64,000 nucleotides of DNA from Bdellovibrionales bacterium (GCA_965200875.1 OZ241456.1:1152001-1216000); one strand, 5' to 3'; counted from the stretch's first letter, positions 1 to 11,390 are shown. Notes: generated from the letters alone by a model not told the origin. Program-made: numbers and translations.

Positions 1-93
1 AAAGCTTTTATTATTAAATAATAGACAATAGTCAGGGTTTAGTTGAAAGCAAAAAACTAACGAAACCTTATAATGTTAAGAGACTTTAAAATT

Positions 94-357
94 ATGAACA
101 AATCAATAGTGGAAAAGACAGTGAAAATGCTTGCGCGTTCAGACAAAGACACAGGAAGCTCTGAAGTACAAATAGCTCTTCTTACTTCCAGAATAAATAT
201 TTTAACAGAACACTTTAAAAAACATAAAAAAGATTATCATTCCAAACGAGGGCTTTTAAAAATGGTGAGCAAAAGAAAGAAATTGCTCAGCTATATTAAA
301 AAATCCTCCCCGGAAATCTATCAAACAACCATTCAAAAGCTTTCCTTGAGAAAGTAG
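94..357 (+). CDS. rpsO: 30S ribosomal protein S15
   Basis: [13 protein letters not shown]...[16 protein letters not shown]15 motifs; ATG at 94 preferred over 73; directly upstream of pnp. Confidence 0.97.
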   Translation: MNKSIVEKTVKMLARSDKDTGSSEVQIALLTSRINILTEHFKKHKKDYHSKRGLLKMVSKRKKLLSYIKKSSPEIYQTTIQKLSLRK

Positions 358-433
358 TGAGAGTATAATTATCTGTCGTCATTTTCTATAAAACAATAAA
401 ATAAACAATCCACCAACCAACAAAGGAACATTT

Positions 434-2539
434 ATGTCTTTTTCTCCGTTTATATCTTCCGCAAAAGCAGGAAGCAAAACCATTACAATAGAAACCGGTG
501 CTTTAGGTCGACAGGCAGACGGTGCTGTGATTATTTCCTGTGGCGAGGACAAAGTCCTTACCACTGTTGTTTCAAGGAGAGAAGAATCTGACCTAGATTT
601 TTTTCCTATGACAGTGGAATATCAGGAAAAACTTTATTCCGCCGGTAAAGTACCAGGGGGGTTCTTTAGAAGAGAAGGCCGTCCCTCTTATGAAGCAACT
701 CTCATTTCCAGAATGATTGATCGGCCTTTGCGCCCCTGTTTTCCCGAAGGGTATCGTAACGACACTCAAATCGTAGCCATAACGCTTAGCTATAGCGGAC
801 AAAATCCTATAGGGGTGTTAGCAAGTATTGGAGCTTCTGCCGCTTTGCATGTCAGCGATATTCCGTTTGATGGGCCTGTAGCTTCTGTACAAGTGATTAA
901 AAGTGGTGATGGCTTTCTGATCAATCCACCTTTTGAGGACGCAAAATCAGCGACTTTGAATTTTATTGTGTCCGGTACCCGCAAAGGTATTCTGATGGTG
1001 GAAGGGGAAGCGAAATTTGTGTCTGAAGCAGAGTCCTTGTCTGCTTTAAAGTTTGCTCACCAAAGCCTGCAACCCCTGTTGGATATGCAGGACGATCTCA
1101 GAAAACAAGCCGGTAATATGGAAAAACGAGTTTGGAGCGGTTTTAAAGTAGAGGAAAGTCTGGAAAAAGAAATTACTGACTTTGCAGAGGACAAGGTAAA
1201 AGAAAACTTGAATATCCCGGAAAAAACCAAGCGCTATCGGGATTTTGATGAAATCAAAGAACAAGTCATGCAACATATTTCCAAAGAGGAAGACAGTGAA
1301 AGTGAAATTGTTACGAAAAAAAAGAGCCTGTCAGCGGTGTTGGATAAATTAAAATACAATCTAGCTCGTTCGGCTATTTTAAATGATAAAAAACGCATTG
1401 ATGGAAGAAAACATAATGAAGTGCGTCCCATTTCCTGTCATACAGGCTGGTTGGCCCGTGTGCATGGTTCTTCTTTGTTCACCCGTGGGGAAACGCAAGT
1501 TTTGGGAGCAGTGACTTTGGGCACGGGAGAGGACGAGCAATCAGTGGATGCCCTTTATGGTTTTTCCAAAAAACATTTTCTGCTTCATTACAATTTTCCA
1601 CCCTACTGTGTAGGAGAAACAGGCCGAGTAGGTCCGCAAAGCAGAAGAGAAATCGGCCACGGATCTCTGGCGGAAAAGGCTTTAAAAGCCATTCTTCCCA
1701 CACATGAAGACTTCCCCTATACTGTCAGAGTGGTAGGTGAAGTTCTAGAATCAAACGGCTCTAGTTCTATGGGAACAGTATGTTCAACCAGCCTAGCTTT
1801 AATGGATGCGGGAGTACCTGTAAAAGAACCAGTAGCTGGAATCGCTATGGGTCTGATAAAGGAAAAGGATCAAGTGGAAATATTGTCCGATATTTTGGGT
1901 GATGAAGATCACTTGGGAGATATGGATTTTAAAGTGACGGGAACAAAAGAAGGTATTACTGCTTTGCAAATGGATATAAAAATAGACAGTCTCTCCTTTG
2001 AAGTGATGGAAAAAGCCCTAGCCCAAGCTAAAGAAGGAAGGCTTCATATTTTAAATGAGATGAACAAGACACTTAGTAAATACAGAGAACAGCTCTCACC
2101 TTATGCACCCCGTATTGAACTGATGCACATCAAGCCGGATAAAATCGGAGAAGTTATTGGAACTGGAGGAAAAGTTATCAATAAAATTATTGAGGAGACA
2201 GGAGTAAAAGTGGACATTGAGAGTTCCGGCCAGATATACCTTGCCTCCCCAGACAAAGAAAAAATTAAACAAGCGAAAAAAATGATCGAAGATATTTGCG
2301 AGGAAGTGGAGGAAGGGAAAATTTATGACGGGAAAGTGATAAAGGTAGCACCCTTTGGTGCTTTTGTAGAGCTTATGCCTAATGTCAGCGGTTTACTTCA
2401 TATTTCTGAAATTGCTAATCGCCGGATTAACGAGGTTTCTGATATTTTAAACGAAGGAGACACAGTAAAAGTAAAAGTGCTTCAAATAGGTGATAACGGT
2501 CGTATTCGCTTAAGCCGAAAAGTTCTTCTGGACAAGTAA
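434..2539 (+). CDS. pnp: Polyribonucleotide nucleotidyltransferase (PNPase)
   Basis: FFRREGRP, RREIGHG, SNGSSSM, DEDHLGDMDFKV motifs; C-terminal KH and S1 domains. Confidence 0.98.
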   Translation: MSFSPFISSAKAGSKTITIETGALGRQADGAVIISCGEDKVLTTVVSRREESDLDFFPMTVEYQEKLYSAGKVPGGFFRREGRPSYEATLISRMIDRPLRPCFPEGYRNDTQIVAITLSYSGQNPIGVLASIGASAALHVSDIPFDGPVASVQVIKSGDGFLINPPFEDAKSATLNFIVSGTRKGILMVEGEAKFVSEAESLSALKFAHQSLQPLLDMQDDLRKQAGNMEKRVWSGFKVEESLEKEITDFAEDKVKENLNIPEKTKRYRDFDEIKEQVMQHISKEEDSESEIVTKKKSLSAVLDKLKYNLARSAILNDKKRIDGRKHNEVRPISCHTGWLARVHGSSLFTRGETQVLGAVTLGTGEDEQSVDALYGFSKKHFLLHYNFPPYCVGETGRVGPQSRREIGHGSLAEKALKAILPTHEDFPYTVRVVGEVLESNGSSSMGTVCSTSLALMDAGVPVKEPVAGIAMGLIKEKDQVEILSDILGDEDHLGDMDFKVTGTKEGITALQMDIKIDSLSFEVMEKALAQAKEGRLHILNEMNKTLSKYREQLSPYAPRIELMHIKPDKIGEVIGTGGKVINKIIEETGVKVDIESSGQIYLASPDKEKIKQAKKMIEDICEEVEEGKIYDGKVIKVAPFGAFVELMPNVSGLLHISEIANRRINEVSDILNEGDTVKVKVLQIGDNGRIRLSRKVLLDK

Positions 2540-2568
2540 AAATGTCATTTCTGTTCCTTTTTATTTGA

Positions 2569-2652
2569 TTTTTTCATTAAAAGCATGTTATGGGTGTCGA
2601 TGAGTTTTACGCTTATTACTCTTTGGTTTTTTCATTAAAAGCATGTTATGGG
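2569..2652. repeat. 26-bp direct repeat x2 (TTTTTTCATTAAAAGCATGTTATGGG) with 32-bp spacer
   Basis: Identical copies at 2569-2594 and 2627-2652. Confidence 0.85.
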
Positions 2653-2726
2653 AAGGTATAATTTTATTTTGCGCATTTTTACTGAATTTTTTTTAAATTT
2701 TGCTCCCTGTAAGAAATGACAGTGTT

Positions 2727-4868
2727 ATGTTGAAATTAATAGCTGTTTTTATTGGGCTTTGTGTATTTTTTCAGCAGGGATTTGCCAGTGATGAATCCAC
2801 TGGTGACAAACAATTTAAAGAAAACTTTCCTTTAAGCATTTTTATTCAAACAAACTCCGATCAAAGTGTTGTTGTTGAAAATCCAGCTGAATATTTAAGT
2901 CAGATGGATAAAGATGTTGTAAATTCTATTTTATCTGAAAAGGAGATATGGCATGCACATAAAATTAGGCAGTCAAAAGCAAATATTTATCAGTATATGC
3001 AACAATTTTATACATGGTATTTTAATCAGTTACCCTTGATAATATTTGCTAACAAAAAAGGATTTCCCGATCGGGGAAATTTAGCATCTGCCCTTCAAAA
3101 AGGTTATTTCACAGAAATCAATTTTTTATTTTTAGCGGAAAGTAATATCAAAAGCAACACCTTGATTGCTTTGACAAATCGCTATGAATATACCTTTTCA
3201 GAAAAACTCAATCTTTTCCTTCATGTTTTATATAAAAATATCTCAGAAACGGAAATATTCAAATTACAAAAAGCTTGGGGGATTACAAATAATTCCGCTG
3301 TGTATATTCGTGATTACAAAAAGTATATGAAAGAGTTTTTTCAATATTTGCAAATCCCATCGGATAGTCAAAAAACAGATATTATATCTTTGTTTAGCAA
3401 AGTGGAATCGGCTTTTACTTCTGTTTTGCACGAACTTTTTATAACCGATAAAAAGACACTTTTTACTAAAATGCTTAAGAGACCCGGAATGGATATGAAT
3501 ATTCAGGATTACCTTCTGCAAACTATTGCGCATAAAGTAGCTAATGGAGATTGGAAAAAAGCTTCACATTATCTTCCCTCTTTGCTTAAACACCACAAAA
3601 TTAACTTAAATATACCTGATTACCAAGGCTGGACACCTATATTTTATGCTATAAATCGCAGTGAAAATCGTCTTTCACAGGCTTTAAAGCAGTTTATGAA
3701 CCATAAATCAAAAATAGATATGAATATTATGGATTACAATTTAAGACCTATGACCCTAGTAGCGACAGAATTGAATAAACCAGCTCTGGCTCATTTTTTG
3801 CACTCACAGGGAGCACCTTTGCCATCGCGAGTGAGTTTGTTTAATTCTTATATAACAGAAGATTACAGAACAGTATGGTTTCAACATAGAGTGAAATTTG
3901 ATATAAACAACTTGGCAAATTTATTTAATATGAATAACAATACTCCTTCTTTTGTGGAATTTCAAAATTATGTTTCCAGTGAGAAATTTATAGAACAAAC
4001 AGATTGGAGTAAATTTAAAGATTTTAAATATTATTTTTTATTTCATTTGCTGAGAAAAACTCTCTTACATGAAGAGAATATACGCTATTCCACCATCATG
4101 TCTTGGTTATTTGGTGAAAAAAATATTGTAATGAATAATGGTTTTGATACCCGATTGATAAAGGCCATACACCAAGACATATCTTTATTGAAAAGTATGA
4201 TTTCCAACAAGAGAGATAAAAACATATTGACTGATAATTTATTTTACACTCAATATTCTTTTGAAAAAGGCTGGAATAAAAAAGTGATTTCAGATTTTCA
4301 CTTACTGGAAAGAATAAATGTGGAACCAGTTCCTCAATCTGATGGAACTTTGTTATTTTATGTGGAAGTCAGCTCTTTATTAAATGAAGCTATACGAGCA
4401 AATCGCTCTAAAGTGGTTGAATTTTTATTGAGCGAAGGTGCGGATCCCACTATGGAAACAAAAAATTTTGTGGTGAGAAATGGCATTGTGACAGCTATCT
4501 TTATGGGAAATTTACTCTATAGATACTCTGAGCCTTATAAAGAGCACCTTCGTATTGTGGATATGTTGATGAGTCATCCATTTGTGACAAAAGACTTCTT
4601 AAGTAAAGATGTTATTCCGGGAATAAATTATGTGGACTTATCAGCTTTAAGAGGACATTTCAATATTTTGGAAAAAATGTATGAAAAGGGTGCTCATGTA
4701 ACAGAAAATAAAGATATATGGGAAACAGGCTTTCCTATTGAAACCGCTACTATCAAGTCCAACTTGGCCAAAACCATGAAGTTTATATTGGAAGAAAAAG
4801 CAAAAAGATATCCTTCAGATCAACTTTTAAAAAATAGTCTTCAAAGATGCAGAGAAGCTTTTAATTAA
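2727..4868 (+). CDS. Secreted protein with degenerate ankyrin-like repeats
   Basis: Signal peptide MLKLIAVFIGLCVFFQQGFA; ankyrin-like segments NIPDYQGWTPIFYA and LLNEAIRANRSKVVEFLLSEGADP. Confidence 0.65.
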   Translation: MLKLIAVFIGLCVFFQQGFASDESTGDKQFKENFPLSIFIQTNSDQSVVVENPAEYLSQMDKDVVNSILSEKEIWHAHKIRQSKANIYQYMQQFYTWYFNQLPLIIFANKKGFPDRGNLASALQKGYFTEINFLFLAESNIKSNTLIALTNRYEYTFSEKLNLFLHVLYKNISETEIFKLQKAWGITNNSAVYIRDYKKYMKEFFQYLQIPSDSQKTDIISLFSKVESAFTSVLHELFITDKKTLFTKMLKRPGMDMNIQDYLLQTIAHKVANGDWKKASHYLPSLLKHHKINLNIPDYQGWTPIFYAINRSENRLSQALKQFMNHKSKIDMNIMDYNLRPMTLVATELNKPALAHFLHSQGAPLPSRVSLFNSYITEDYRTVWFQHRVKFDINNLANLFNMNNNTPSFVEFQNYVSSEKFIEQTDWSKFKDFKYYFLFHLLRKTLLHEENIRYSTIMSWLFGEKNIVMNNGFDTRLIKAIHQDISLLKSMISNKRDKNILTDNLFYTQYSFEKGWNKKVISDFHLLERINVEPVPQSDGTLLFYVEVSSLLNEAIRANRSKVVEFLLSEGADPTMETKNFVVRNGIVTAIFMGNLLYRYSEPYKEHLRIVDMLMSHPFVTKDFLSKDVIPGINYVDLSALRGHFNILEKMYEKGAHVTENKDIWETGFPIETATIKSNLAKTMKFILEEKAKRYPSDQLLKNSLQRCREAFN

Positions 4869-4893
4869 TCTGCTTTCTTGGGCCAATGCCCGA

Positions 4894-5658
4894 TCAATCA
4901 AAACAGGATCTGCTTTCCTCAGCCAATGCCCGACTGGTTTTATTTTCTGAGCTTATGGGAGGCAGAAAATGAACACACACTTCCACGGATTCAAGCTGAA
5001 CCATCCGAAAAAGGTGTTGCATAAAATCCATAGTATTACCGTACCAATACACCTGATCTTTATTATTCGCACAAACCTCTTTATTTTCTATCTTTGTGTA
5101 ACTTATGCGAATGGGCAAAACAGGTTTCTTTGCCCGTATAGCTGTAATGAAAAACGGTGGATGAAAGGGAAGTGTTTTTGAACCATCCGTGCTAGTGCCT
5201 TCAGGAAAAAATACCAAGTGCAAACCTTTCTTTAAAATATCAGTGGTATCTCTTAACTCTTTTCTGATGTTTTTCAAATTCCTTCTCTCTACAAAATACA
5301 CTCCGGCTTTTTTGGCTATTAAATTTAAAAACGGATTGTTTTCCTGCCACTCATAGTGAGTGATAAAACAGTTATGTTGAATAAAGGAGTGCAAAATTGT
5401 GATATCTGTGTAACTTAAATGATTGGCCACAATCAAATAATTTTTGTTTTTTTGCAAATGTTTCAGACCTTTTGCTGTGACTTTAAACCCCATTGCTCGC
5501 ATTAATATTTTAGATAAAAGTCGTATGAGTGCGGACACTTTTTTTTGCTTTTGGACTTTGTTTTTTATTAATATCTCAGCAAAGGAGCTGAAACATACTA
5601 GTGTGAGCACACAGGAAAGAAAAACCCATATTCGATAAACAAGCCTTATTTTTTTCAT
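4894..5658 (-). CDS. Lysophospholipid acyltransferase (PlsC family)
   Basis: NHLSYTD (HX4D) and FFPEGTS motifs; ATG at 5658 chosen as likely start. Confidence 0.9.
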   Translation of the reverse strand: MKKIRLVYRIWVFLSCVLTLVCFSSFAEILIKNKVQKQKKVSALIRLLSKILMRAMGFKVTAKGLKHLQKNKNYLIVANHLSYTDITILHSFIQHNCFITHYEWQENNPFLNLIAKKAGVYFVERRNLKNIRKELRDTTDILKKGLHLVFFPEGTSTDGSKTLPFHPPFFITAIRAKKPVLPIRISYTKIENKEVCANNKDQVYWYGNTMDFMQHLFRMVQLESVEVCVHFLPPISSENKTSRALAEESRSCFD

Positions 5659-5922
5659 TTTTTCCTCTGTTTCGGTGAGCTGGAATAAATGTTTTTTCTC
5701 TGCTGTTGTTTCTGTACATGAATCTAGGAAAATAATCCACTTTTTTAGCTCATACCGGGGCAAAAAAGAAATAATTTTCCTTATAACCAGTGAACACGCG
5801 GAATATTAAATATTACTGTGTTGCCGTCATAGGTTCTTACATGTATTTTGAGGATTATTTTGTAATGACACACTTTCGCCTAAGGAACACCCGGATAAGA
5901 AAAAAGTAATATCAGTCTCATT

Positions 5923-7485
5923 TTAACCGGAGTCTTTGTATATTACTCTAGGATATTTGCCATAATCGTCTGCTTCCCAGTCATCTAAATCCAACAGGTC
6001 GTTACAGTCAGAGTCTCTTTTAAATAAAGTTTTTTCATCTGAAGTGAAGTAATCACAAAGTGAACCCTCCTCACCGGCAATGTCCGGATCACCACTTGAC
6101 CCTAAAGATTCTTTAAATCTGTTATATTCCTTCTGTGTATTCCATTCCCTAACCATTAAAATAATTCTATGCTTTACTTCCTTTGCCCGGTCCATACAAG
6201 TCCACACAAAATAAGGGTTGCTCCCTATATCATTTTTTATAAAAGGTTTTGGTGGTTCTTCTGAAAAATATACTTTTAACTTAGACTCACTGGATAAAAA
6301 TTCTTTATCTTCTGCATCTTCCCAATGGTTTGCATTAATAAAAGAAGGTATTTTTTTATCTGTACCAGAACCATAACGTCCATCATAAACATTTATGATC
6401 GCGTCCAGTTCATAGGTATCTTTTAACCCGTCTTTACCGGTATTAGTAACTTCTGTAATAGGTTCACCGGCCTTATTATATGAATCCCAAGCAAAACGCC
6501 CTGGTCCTCCAATACATTCTTTAAAATCACCTCCCCATTTACCACTATTTGACGAATCGTCATTTTCGTTTTGGCGTAAATCGTATGATCCAAGACAGCA
6601 ATTACCTAGATCTTGCTCGCTCTTATTATATTCACCGCATATCTCTTGAATTTCCTCGTGACTATTTCCGTATTGACAACTTGCGTATATGACATGCCAT
6701 TCTCCAGGTCCAGCTTCGCCTTTTCCGCAGTTATTAGATATATCTTCACACTTAGGTTGATCGTTACAATTAGTTTCAGAAGTAACATCGTTATTTTCGT
6801 TGTCTCTACAAACACCAGAAGACCAAGTCCCAACTATATTTCCACAATTTGCACTTTCACATTTTGCTTCAGTGTCACATGTAGAATTAACATTATCAGC
6901 ACTGTGTACTGTTTTACCACCTTTTAGACAAACCTCTTCCGCTGTGTTACAGCTATTACTCCCACCGCAATACCGCTCCTCTATCGTGTTCTCGTCAGGA
7001 TCATTTTCATCTTGTACAAGAAACTTACACTTGGAAACCCTATCTGGTCCTTTAACTATTTCTTGATTAAAGTGATATGGAACAAGAAAACCAGAATACG
7101 CGCACATTTCCGGTGGGACATTATATTCTAATACAAGTTTATGAAAAAATAAGTCACCTTCCATAACATCCAGTAAACAATACAGATCTTCTGTGGAATC
7201 TTCATTTACTGATATTTTACAGTCTGTCCCTGGCCCCTCATCCATTGCATAAATAATGGCATCAAGCGGATCAAAGCCTTCTCCATAGTAATAACTTGCG
7301 CTTAAATTCACATAGAAAAAGTCTTCCTGGGGGATTGCGTCTGTGGTCAAACCTTCTGTAGGCACTAAAGAGTATTGCGCGCTTGTACCTATACCAAATC
7401 CTTTTATTACATCACAACCGGAAAAGATAAGGCCCAAACCAATAACAACCAATGAGCTTATAAAAAACATCGGATTAAGTTTCAT
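5923..7485 (-). CDS. Cysteine-rich hypothetical lipoprotein
   Basis: Hydrophobic N-terminus ending IFSGC lipobox; many Cys; long clean ORF. Confidence 0.75.
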   Translation of the reverse strand: MKLNPMFFISSLVVIGLGLIFSGCDVIKGFGIGTSAQYSLVPTEGLTTDAIPQEDFFYVNLSASYYYGEGFDPLDAIIYAMDEGPGTDCKISVNEDSTEDLYCLLDVMEGDLFFHKLVLEYNVPPEMCAYSGFLVPYHFNQEIVKGPDRVSKCKFLVQDENDPDENTIEERYCGGSNSCNTAEEVCLKGGKTVHSADNVNSTCDTEAKCESANCGNIVGTWSSGVCRDNENNDVTSETNCNDQPKCEDISNNCGKGEAGPGEWHVIYASCQYGNSHEEIQEICGEYNKSEQDLGNCCLGSYDLRQNENDDSSNSGKWGGDFKECIGGPGRFAWDSYNKAGEPITEVTNTGKDGLKDTYELDAIINVYDGRYGSGTDKKIPSFINANHWEDAEDKEFLSSESKLKVYFSEEPPKPFIKNDIGSNPYFVWTCMDRAKEVKHRIILMVREWNTQKEYNRFKESLGSSGDPDIAGEEGSLCDYFTSDEKTLFKRDSDCNDLLDLDDWEADDYGKYPRVIYKDSG

Positions 7486-7978
7486 ATTTTATGTTTCGGG
7501 ATTTTCAGTGAACAAATAAAGTCCTGTTTTTTATTTTTTAAAAAATATATTTACTGGATTATTGGCTGGTTTTTATAAATAATCCGACTTTCTGGCTATA
7601 TTTTCCGGCTGAGAAACAATGAAAATGGGATTCATTCCACAATCTCCCAGAATCAGATCGGTGTGAGGAAGTTGCGAATGTGAAATAACCCTATAATCAT
7701 TTTCGCACTCATTATAAGCCTTACAACTATTATGCCACGCTTTTTCAAAATCTGCTTTTACTTCACGCGTCCATTCATATTTTGGTTTTAACATATCACA
7801 CATCTCCCAATATGTAAAAATACACAAAAAAGTAGTTTTTAAGACAAGACTGTTTATTAAATTGAAAAACCATAAAATCCTCTTTGCCTATGTTCATTTT
7901 CAAATTTTACTTGTGGATAAAAAAGGCGAACAGGTGTAAAATCTCTTCAAAAGGTTTTTACTTTTTTGCCTTTCTTAC

Positions 7979-8054
7979 GGGGCTGTAGCTCAGCTGGGAG
8001 AGCGTAACGCTGGCAGCGTTGAGGTCAGGGGTTCGATCCCCCTTAGCTCCACCA
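7979..8054 (+). tRNA. tRNA-Ala (GGC)
   Basis: GGGGCTG/TAGCTCC acceptor stem, anticodon arm TAACG-CT-GGC-AG-CGTTG, GTTCGAT T-loop, encoded CCA. Confidence 0.97.
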
Positions 8055-8222
8055 TTTATAATTGGTCGTTCGTGAAAATCCAGTTTTTGAAAAAAATTCG
8101 GAATATTCGGAAAAATTCGAATCTCGAATTTTTACTCCCTCAAAACCCCTTAAATCTCCTGTTTTTAATGATCCTGATTTTGCATAAAGAAGAATCAATA
8201 ACTTTTAAACAAGGAGTATATT

Positions 8223-9128
8223 ATGCAAAAAACAAAGAAAAAAATAAGCAAAAACAAAGAAAAAAACCGCGCTTTGTTGGTCAACTTAACTAAAAATGGA
8301 AACTTTAAAAACTACTTTAAACTTTGTAAGCCCGCTTTAAAATCTCTTCTTAAAGCTTTCCTCCCACTCCCTGAAAAAAGCTCCATCCAACAAGTAACTT
8401 TACTGGACTCCTTTCTCCCTTCCATGAAGGAAGAAGACAAAAGTGCTATTATGGACCTTAGACTTCAGCTCAATACGGGTGAATTGGTTAATGTGGAAAT
8501 GCAGGCTTTTTTTCATCCAGGTTTTTCTGAAAGAGTATTGTTCTATTGGGCTAAAAATTATGTATCTCAATTAAAAGAAGGAGAAGAATATACAAAACTC
8601 TGTCCTTCTTATTCGTTGATATTCAGTGTGTTTGATCTATTCCCTGGTCGAGAAGGGTTTTACAATTCTTTTTACATTCGTTCGAGCAAGCCACCACATT
8701 TTCCTTTTAACAAGGATTTGTGTTTTGTGACAGTGGATCTTAGCAAGTTTCATCAAAAAGATGTAAGTTCTTCGATTGATTTTCAGGAGCTATGGTGTTA
8801 TATTTTAAAGAAGTCAAACAGTGTAAAAAATAAGGATTATCAGAAGCTTTTAGATAAAGATTCTGATTGGAAGGAGGCTATGATGTATTTGCGTAAGTTT
8901 TCGTTGGAGGAGCAACAGCAGATTATCGCAGATGCCAAGGAGAAAAACCGCCGTGATCGAGTGGCGAGAGAAACTTATGTCTTTGAACAAGGCAAAGCAG
9001 AAGGCGAAGCCAAAGGCAGAAATAAGCTGATTATTAGTATGTTGAAAAATGGTGTCAATATGAATTTTATCGCCAAACATACAGGGATCTCCGTGGAAGA
9101 AATCAAAAAGCTGAAAAAAGGAAAGTGA
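8223..9128 (+). CDS. Rpn family PD-(D/E)XK nuclease / putative transposase
   Basis: IMDLRLQL...VNVEMQ...RVLFYWAK core; C-terminal EQGKAEGEAKG...IAKHTGISVEEIKKL typical of Rpn proteins; next to a tRNA. Confidence 0.88.
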   Translation: MQKTKKKISKNKEKNRALLVNLTKNGNFKNYFKLCKPALKSLLKAFLPLPEKSSIQQVTLLDSFLPSMKEEDKSAIMDLRLQLNTGELVNVEMQAFFHPGFSERVLFYWAKNYVSQLKEGEEYTKLCPSYSLIFSVFDLFPGREGFYNSFYIRSSKPPHFPFNKDLCFVTVDLSKFHQKDVSSSIDFQELWCYILKKSNSVKNKDYQKLLDKDSDWKEAMMYLRKFSLEEQQQIIADAKEKNRRDRVARETYVFEQGKAEGEAKGRNKLIISMLKNGVNMNFIAKHTGISVEEIKKLKKGK

Positions 9129-9133
9129 AACAA

Positions 9134-9215
9134 CTATGATGTATTTGCGTAAGTTTTCGTTGGAGGAGCAACAGCAGATTGTGGCAGATGCCAAGGAAAA
9201 AAACCGCCGTGATCG
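9134..9215 (+). repeat. 82-bp near-identical duplicate of 8878-8959 (start of Rpn C-terminal module); opens a 47-aa ORF 9136-9279
   Basis: CTATGATGTATTTGCGTAAGTTTTCGTTGGAGGAGCAACAGCAGATT...CCGCCGTGATCG at both positions. Confidence 0.9.
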
Positions 9216-9714
9216 GATAGTGAATGACTTGTCTGTTTATGTGAAAAATCTCCCTTGTAAATCAAGATATATTGTTTAACATTTTTCGATAAACATAACC
9301 GGGTCGTCTCAATAAGTTAAAAGTATCAACATAGTAAAGGTTATTGGAGGCTTGATCTCTAGCTTGAGACAACAAGCCATTTTTAGCCTTTTGATTCCAA
9401 AAAGGATGAATAATAATCACATCTTTTTGGCCGATAGAATCAATTAAAGGTCATATATTTTAAAGGGCTGACCATTACTGGGGCACAAAATCATTTTAAG
9501 CCAAAATAATAAAAGTAGAGAAATCTTTAGAAATATCAAATATTTAGTTATATCCAGTAAAAGTGTTTTTGAAAATGATAGAAAAACTAAATTGGACATA
9601 AGAAAAAACCGATATTTCTTTATAAGCTTATAGAATGGGCTTTTAAAGCATTTTACTATAAAGCTCATAATGGAAACAGGAAAAGACAATAAACAAACCA
9701 CTTGGGGATATAAC

Positions 9715-11339
9715 ATGAAAATTATAAAAAAATTACAGCATATAAAACACCAATGGCCTTATTTCTTTTTCGGAGCAACCCTTATATTGTTTGGATTCTT
9801 TTCTGTCTCTACAGTCAAAGAAACTTCCGCCACAAATACACAAACCACCGGAAATAAACAAACAGCAGACACAGGCAACCCACAAGCCAAAAACACACTT
9901 CCACAGGAAGGAAACACCAACCCCCCTTCTTTAAAAAAACAACCTGAAAGACAAATGCAACTGGGAGTGCTAAAACCCACAGACACGCCAGAAAAAGAAA
10001 CCCGTGTCATTATGAATGATACTCTTATGTCAAAGAAATGGGATTTGAAAAAAATCAATGTACAATCTGCATGGCTTCAGTTTTCTCAAGGAAACAGAGA
10101 AATTGTGGTAGCTGTTATTGACACAGGTATTGATGTGCAACATGAAGATCTAAAAGACAATATATGGAAAAATCCAAAAGAAATTCCAGGAAATAACATA
10201 GATGATGATAAAAACGGCTATGTGGACGATGTGCATGGATGGAACTTTGTCAGAAACAATGCCGAAGTACGTGATACCCACGGGCATGGCACACATATAG
10301 CGGGCATCATAGGAGCTGTGGTGGAAATGGTGTTGGTATAAGCGGAGTGGCTCCCAAAGTTAGTTTAATGGCCCTTAAATATTATGATCCTAACGACACA
10401 GGAACAAACAATCTGAATAACACAATAAAAGCTATTGATTATGCGGTAAAAAATGGGGCTCATATTATCAACTACTCAGGAGGCGGGTTGGATGGTAATT
10501 TATGCGAAAAAATGGCTATTCGCAGAGCAGAAGAAAAAGGCATTCTTTTTGTAGCCGCGGCTGGTAATGAAAAATCCAACACAGATAAAAGCGGTTATTA
10601 TCCTGCCAATTACAGTTCGAAAAAAAATGAGCTAAGAATGGCAAATTGCAAGCAAGTATTACCAGACTTATACAAGTACGATAAATTGGACAAAAAAATT
10701 TCTATCAATTTTTTAAATGATGTTCAGAATAAAAAGCTCGGAAATATTCTTCCTGTAACAGCCACTGATCCTTCAGATAAAGTTTTAAAAAGCAGTAACT
10801 GGGGAGAAAAAACAGTCCACAAATCTGCTCCAGGCATTAATATTTTATCCACCCTTCCCAATGGAAAATACGGACGCATGACCGGCACTTCCCAAGCAAC
10901 GGCTGTGGCCACCGGAGCGGCCGTACTGATAATGGACTATTACAAAAACAAAACCTCCCGGTTTGTCATAAAACATCTCACAATGACAGGTGATATTAAG
11001 GATAGTTTAAAAGGGAAAACCAGCCAAAGAAGGCGACTTAATATTATTAAAGCACTACAAACAAGAGGGAGTAAGCTCAATTTTAAAGACCAGCTGGTGG
11101 ATACAAAAGGTCTGGTGTTTCCTTCCGATGGGAATATGGATTCTTTTACAGAAACTCCGTTTGAAAAGGAACAAGCTGAAATACAAATATTAAACAATAT
11201 TATGAATATCAGCAACCAAAAAGGACAAAATCGTAAAACAGCCACAGAAAAAACAGAGAAAAAAGAACGTAATCCTTCTTCTGTTACTGAACAGAAGAAA
11301 ATTCCTTTTCTGAAAAGATGGTTCTTCAATAAAAAATAA
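9715..11339 (+). pseudogene. S8 subtilisin-like serine protease, split by a 1-nt frameshift near 10320
   Basis: VAVIDTG (Asp) and HGHGTHIAG (His) in the first ORF; AAAGN and GTSQA (Ser) in the second; restoring one base gives continuous GA(V)GGNGVGISGVAPK. Confidence 0.85.
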
Positions 11340-11390
11340 TACCCTTTAAAGAACAAGCATTTATTAAGATTCCCCTACAGCACCAAATAT

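Noticed and set aside
4868..4933. Imperfect 26-bp duplication (40-bp period) at the end of the acyltransferase gene
   Set aside because: Looks like a trivial local duplication between convergent genes; no further structure
7573..7827. 84-aa minus-strand ORF before tRNA-Ala
   Set aside because: Weak start and no recognisable motif; may be a real small gene or fragment but cannot be supported
8850..9194. Minus-strand 114-aa ORF
   Set aside because: Antisense shadow of the Rpn 3' end and its duplication
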